A stretch of 15,656 nt of DNA, from contig JAHJTO010000005.1 of assembly GCA_018829845.1 (NCBI GenBank), forward strand, positions 1 to 15,656, in the 5' to 3' direction. The DNA is from Nanobdellota archaeon (GTDB taxonomy: Archaea; Nanobdellota; Nanobdellia; Pacearchaeales; JAHJTO01). The notes under the pieces were generated by a model that saw only the letters and a program-made list of their open reading frames with translations, was not told the DNA's origin and searched no databases. A program made the position numbers and the translations under genes. This document shows, one piece after another, positions 13,224-15,656 of the stretch. Numbering within the stretch: the stretch's first letter is position 1; every line of letters begins with the position of its first letter.

Positions 13224-13235
13224 CTTATAAACCTT
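13224..13235 (-). promoter_or_regulatory. TATA box for the tRNA-Met (AAGGTTTATAAG on the - strand)
   Basis: It ends 23 nt upstream of the tRNA 5' end (13200) and resembles the GGTTTAAATA boxes elsewhere in the window. Confidence 0.5.
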
Positions 13236-13300
13236 ATGATTAAAGCACAAATTTGCCCCAATTTATTCCTTATCAAAGGATTATCGAGGCTGTTTCCCCA

Positions 13301-13316
13301 GATAAGTATTTAAATC
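13301..13316 (+). promoter_or_regulatory. TATA-like promoter (GATAAGTATTTAAATC)
   Basis: TATTTAAAT ends 28 nt before ATG 13344. Confidence 0.5.
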
Positions 13317-13343
13317 ACCACTGATTAGTTTAGAAAGGAAAAA

Positions 13344-13943
13344 ATGGACGACCAAGAAATTCAAGAATTTGTTCGTGATAGGAGGGGTAGCAGGAAATAC
13401 ATCAAAGGCCAGGATCTTGATGAAACCTGCCTTTCAATGCTTCAATTTGAAAGTTACATGACCAAATTCTTTAAAGATGCCAAATTCCCACTTAAGCCAC
13501 AAGATAAAAGCATAGGGGGGATTTCTGAGAAGCATATTAACGCATTTGTTATTAGCATTAATAATCAAAAATGGGAAGTGGATTTTCATGCAAAAGATAG
13601 CTGCCTTTCTTCCTCAAAAATCATAACTTGCTGCAACAGAATACGGGATGATCCGACAACCATTTCTGGAATAATGGGTCTTGGCCTAATAAAAAAGTAT
13701 GAAAAAGATTATCATGAAAACCTCTGGGATGATCTTGAAAATAAAAAAAAGAAGCCACATAGTCACAATAGGGGTAAATTGGATGATCCCGCTTTATATA
13801 CTAAAAAGAAGGAATGGGGCTGGCAAATAGGAGAAGATTCTAAGAAATATGAAATAACCTCAAAAGGGGATCTAACTATTCTCAGGGATAAAGTCATTGC
13901 AGAGTTTATGGAGAATTACATATATGAATTAAAGCAATATTAG
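13344..13943 (+). CDS. hypothetical protein (no recognisable family)
   Basis: 199-aa ORF with its own TATA box. The composition is coding-like, with no TM segment and no signal peptide. I recognise no motif. Confidence 0.65.
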   Translation: MDDQEIQEFVRDRRGSRKYIKGQDLDETCLSMLQFESYMTKFFKDAKFPLKPQDKSIGGISEKHINAFVISINNQKWEVDFHAKDSCLSSSKIITCCNRIRDDPTTISGIMGLGLIKKYEKDYHENLWDDLENKKKKPHSHNRGKLDDPALYTKKKEWGWQIGEDSKKYEITSKGDLTILRDKVIAEFMENYIYELKQY

Positions 13944-14006
13944 AAAAACTGTTAAAAATCCCCTTGGCCCATCCTGCTTATTCACTAAATAATTTATTCA
14001 CTTAAT

Positions 14007-14282
14007 TTACTTGCTAAAGAATCCAAACATCTTTGAAAAGAATCCCTTCTTTTCTTCAACAGGCTCAACAGGAGCGGCCGCTGGCTCTTCAACCTTGGGC
14101 ATCAATTTAATTACAGGATGATTATGTTCATATGTTCTTATTCCTCTGTCTATTGCAGCCCTTGAATATCCATGTTGCATTAATGTGAATCTCATTTGAT
14201 CAAGAGTATATCCCCTAGACATATTCTTTTCAATATAGGCAATAATGTTTTTCATATAATCAATGTCTCTTAAAACTACCAT
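14007..14282 (-). CDS. small protein: helical N-domain, Pro/Glu linker, and a MinD-like C-terminal amphipathic tail
   Basis: 91-aa ORF preceded by a BRE/TATA box. N-domain ...GYTLDQMRFTLMQHGYSRAAIDRGI..., linker PKVEEPAAAPVEPVEE, tail KKGFFSKMFGFFSK-stop. Confidence 0.7.
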   Translation of the reverse strand: MVVLRDIDYMKNIIAYIEKNMSRGYTLDQMRFTLMQHGYSRAAIDRGIRTYEHNHPVIKLMPKVEEPAAAPVEPVEEKKGFFSKMFGFFSK

Positions 14283-14301
14283 TAGTAATTAAGTTAAATT
14301 T

Positions 14302-14317
14302 GATTTAAAAGGTTTTC
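14302..14317 (-). promoter_or_regulatory. archaeal BRE/TATA promoter (GAAAACCTTTTAAATC on the - strand)
   Basis: The TATA ends 20 nt upstream of ATG 14282. The spacing matches that of the 4800-4814 promoter, so the mRNA is near-leaderless. Confidence 0.55.
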
Positions 14318-14383
14318 TCTTATTTAAGATATGATAAGTAACATATCCTTTATTATGAAGAACATGAAGTGTTCCTGCCATGC

Positions 14384-14402
14384 AAAAAAGCGTAGCTTTT
14401 TT
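14384..14402. terminator. A/T-flanked hairpin (aaaaaagc-gta-gctttttt) after the membrane-protein gene
   Basis: Perfect 8-bp stem whose arms are A6/T6 runs. It gives a T-run on both strands and begins 7 nt beyond the stop at 14409-14411. Confidence 0.4.
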
Positions 14403-14408
14403 AGCATA

Positions 14409-15089
14409 TCATCTTGGGTGGCTTTTTTCTATCAATCCAATCATATAAAATAGAAATATTGCGAATAAAACGGCAAATTCACAAAGGATGGAAGGGAATG
14501 CAATATTCAACGCAGGAAAGATCATTACCAATATAAAAGTCGGAACAGTGAATGCTAATATCCCTATCAACCCGACCTTGAATATCTTCTTCTGCTGTTT
14601 ATTCTTTTCAGTTTTAATTGCATCTAAAAATACCAGTGCTGTAAGAACTATAAAAAAAGCATAATATAACCCATATATATTCCCCCACATCACACTCCAT
14701 GAATGATCAACAATTATGTAAATGGTGCTGCATTCTACCCTTGCTACAAAATCTTTTGATAACACTGCAATCAATCCAAAAAATATTGGAAAAGAATATA
14801 CTAAATATATTGAAAGATTTTTTCTATTTGTCAAAGAATATGCAAAATGTAATCCCAAAGCAGGAAGAATGTTATATGCTAGGAATCCAAACCTCCCCCA
14901 AAAATTAGCGTCTAAGGAAATACATAACATAAATTGACTAAATTGATATGCTCCTAAACAAAATAGTATTAAAGCAGAAAGGATATATATCCCCCTATAT
15001 TTGCCCTTTGGGGTTTTCCACAGAACAATAAAACCCAAGATCCATTCTATTGCAAATATTATAAAAGATATTTGGGGTGTAAAGCACAT
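14409..15089 (-). CDS. polytopic (about 7-TM) integral membrane protein, function unknown
   Basis: 226-aa ORF with seven hydrophobic segments of 18-24 aa (for example ISFIIFAIEWILGFIVLW and IFKVGLIGILAFTVPTFILVMIF). Positively charged loops include KTEKNKQQKK. Confidence 0.8.
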   Translation of the reverse strand: MCFTPQISFIIFAIEWILGFIVLWKTPKGKYRGIYILSALILFCLGAYQFSQFMLCISLDANFWGRFGFLAYNILPALGLHFAYSLTNRKNLSIYLVYSFPIFFGLIAVLSKDFVARVECSTIYIIVDHSWSVMWGNIYGLYYAFFIVLTALVFLDAIKTEKNKQQKKIFKVGLIGILAFTVPTFILVMIFPALNIAFPSILCEFAVLFAIFLFYMIGLIEKSHPR

Positions 15090-15146
15090 ATTTATCCTTA
15101 TAGTTTTTAATTAATAAATCTTGCCCCAAATAATAAATGACTTCCT

Positions 15147-15656
15147 CCCCGCCCTGAAGGTTTGACTCTGCGGAGTCAAATCTCGCTTCGCGAGAGCGGG
15201 GTTTCCACTGAAGTTCTATCGAGCGTGATGCTCTTCCTGATTTCTGACATAATCTCTTATTGTTTCTATCTGCACAAATCCAACGGATGCTGCAAATTTT
15301 CCAGGACTCCAAAGGTGCCCTCTGGAATATCTCAATCTCGCTTTTTCATGATTTCTGAAAAACAAATAGGCTGAAAGTCCTTTCAGAATCTGCAATGCTT
15401 GCGCTGGCGACATGGTAAGTTTTATCTCAACAGCACAGTGCACATGATCTGCTTGCACATTAAGCTCAATTATTTTTATGCTATGCATAAACGCTGCTTT
15501 TCTTATGCAGGCCGTTATCAAATTTTTATATTTCTCTTTTGCAAACATATTATATCGGTATTTTGAGCACCACTCAAAATGCCACATTGAAATTCCGACG
15601 CTGTGGTTATTTCTTACATACTGATTTGCAGAGCTCTCGCTAAGTTGAATTTGCAT
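15147..15656 (-). mobile_element. IS200/IS605-family insertion sequence, partial (one end plus tnpA; the rest lies beyond the window)
   Basis: A Y1/HUH transposase gene plus a GC-rich subterminal multi-hairpin at 15147-15201, 15 nt downstream of the tnpA stop. The exact IS boundary was not determined. Confidence 0.7.
15216..15656 (-). CDS. tnpA: IS200/IS605-family Y1 (HUH) transposase TnpA
   Basis: 146 aa; the ATG is the last three bases of the window, so the true start could lie further upstream. HSVGISMWHFEWCSKYRYNMF matches the conserved N-terminal strand. HUH motif in QADHVHCAV. GHLWSPGKFAASVG is present. The catalytic Tyr lies in IRDYVRNQEEHH. Confidence 0.9.
   Translation of the reverse strand: MQIQLSESSANQYVRNNHSVGISMWHFEWCSKYRYNMFAKEKYKNLITACIRKAAFMHSIKIIELNVQADHVHCAVEIKLTMSPAQALQILKGLSAYLFFRNHEKARLRYSRGHLWSPGKFAASVGFVQIETIRDYVRNQEEHHAR

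Noticed and set aside
14409-15089. The 7-TM protein as an archaeosortase acting on the nearby surface proteins
   Set aside because: The surface proteins end in a plain TM segment plus a charged tail with no PGF-CTERM-type motif. I cannot identify the conserved Cys/Arg/His archaeosortase signature with confidence.
14699-15374. ORFs 14699..14908 (+), 14722..14937 (+), 14995..15312 (-) and 15162..15374 (+)
   Set aside because: The first two are antisense to the 7-TM gene. The last two run across the GC-rich IS-end palindrome and overlap tnpA or the membrane-gene start out of frame.
1-15656. Bacterial (for example CPR) origin of the window, or presence of a known defence, retroelement or DGR system
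   Set aside because: The A1:U72 tRNA-Met, the BRE/TATA boxes at fixed distance from starts, and the oligo-T terminators all point to an archaeon. No reverse transcriptase, restriction/modification, toxin-antitoxin, cas or similar ORF is present in any frame.

Overview
AT-rich segment (about 30-38% GC in hand-sampled lines). I read it as archaeal, probably from a small-genome DPANN-like lineage; that lineage call is inference. Evidence for archaeal origin: (i) a tRNA-Met(CAT) with an A1:U72 acceptor end; (ii) BRE/TATA-like boxes (consensus cGAAAGGTTTAAATA) sitting 20-32 nt upstream of several starts; (iii) oligo-T tracts after genes; (iv) an archaeal-size RNase HII.

Layout:
- 1-8811, all on the + strand: the tail of a coiled-coil protein, a divergent MinD/ParA/BY-kinase-like P-loop ATPase, a membrane-anchored coiled-coil protein, then four consecutive signal-peptide proteins. 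These are a protein with an OMP-like beta-rich C-terminal half, an Ig/cadherin-like repeat protein, a GC-enriched S-layer-like CARDB/NEW3-type protein, and a 776-aa four-repeat surface protein with an acidic stalk.
- 6073-6480: a 400-bp intergenic region packed with stem-loops.
- 8829-13200, on the - strand: an SMC-family ATPase whose hinge appears replaced by a Rad50-type CPVC zinc hook exactly at the protein midpoint, then RNase HII, a YdeN/RBBP9-type serine hydrolase, and the tRNA-Met that abuts the hydrolase.
- 13344-15656: an orphan protein, a 91-aa protein ending in a MinD-like amphipathic tail, a 7-TM membrane protein, and the end of an IS200/IS605-family element (Y1/HUH TnpA plus a GC-rich subterminal multi-hairpin).

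Most interesting: the hinge-less, hook-bearing SMC; the ATPase/coiled-coil operon joined to the secreted-protein block, which is a candidate cell-surface or attachment module; the OMP-like beta domain in an archaeon; the hairpin-dense intergenic region; and a 23-nt identical GFFSKMF-coding segment shared by two otherwise unrelated genes.

All calls come from reading the sequence and ORF translations by eye. No database search was run.
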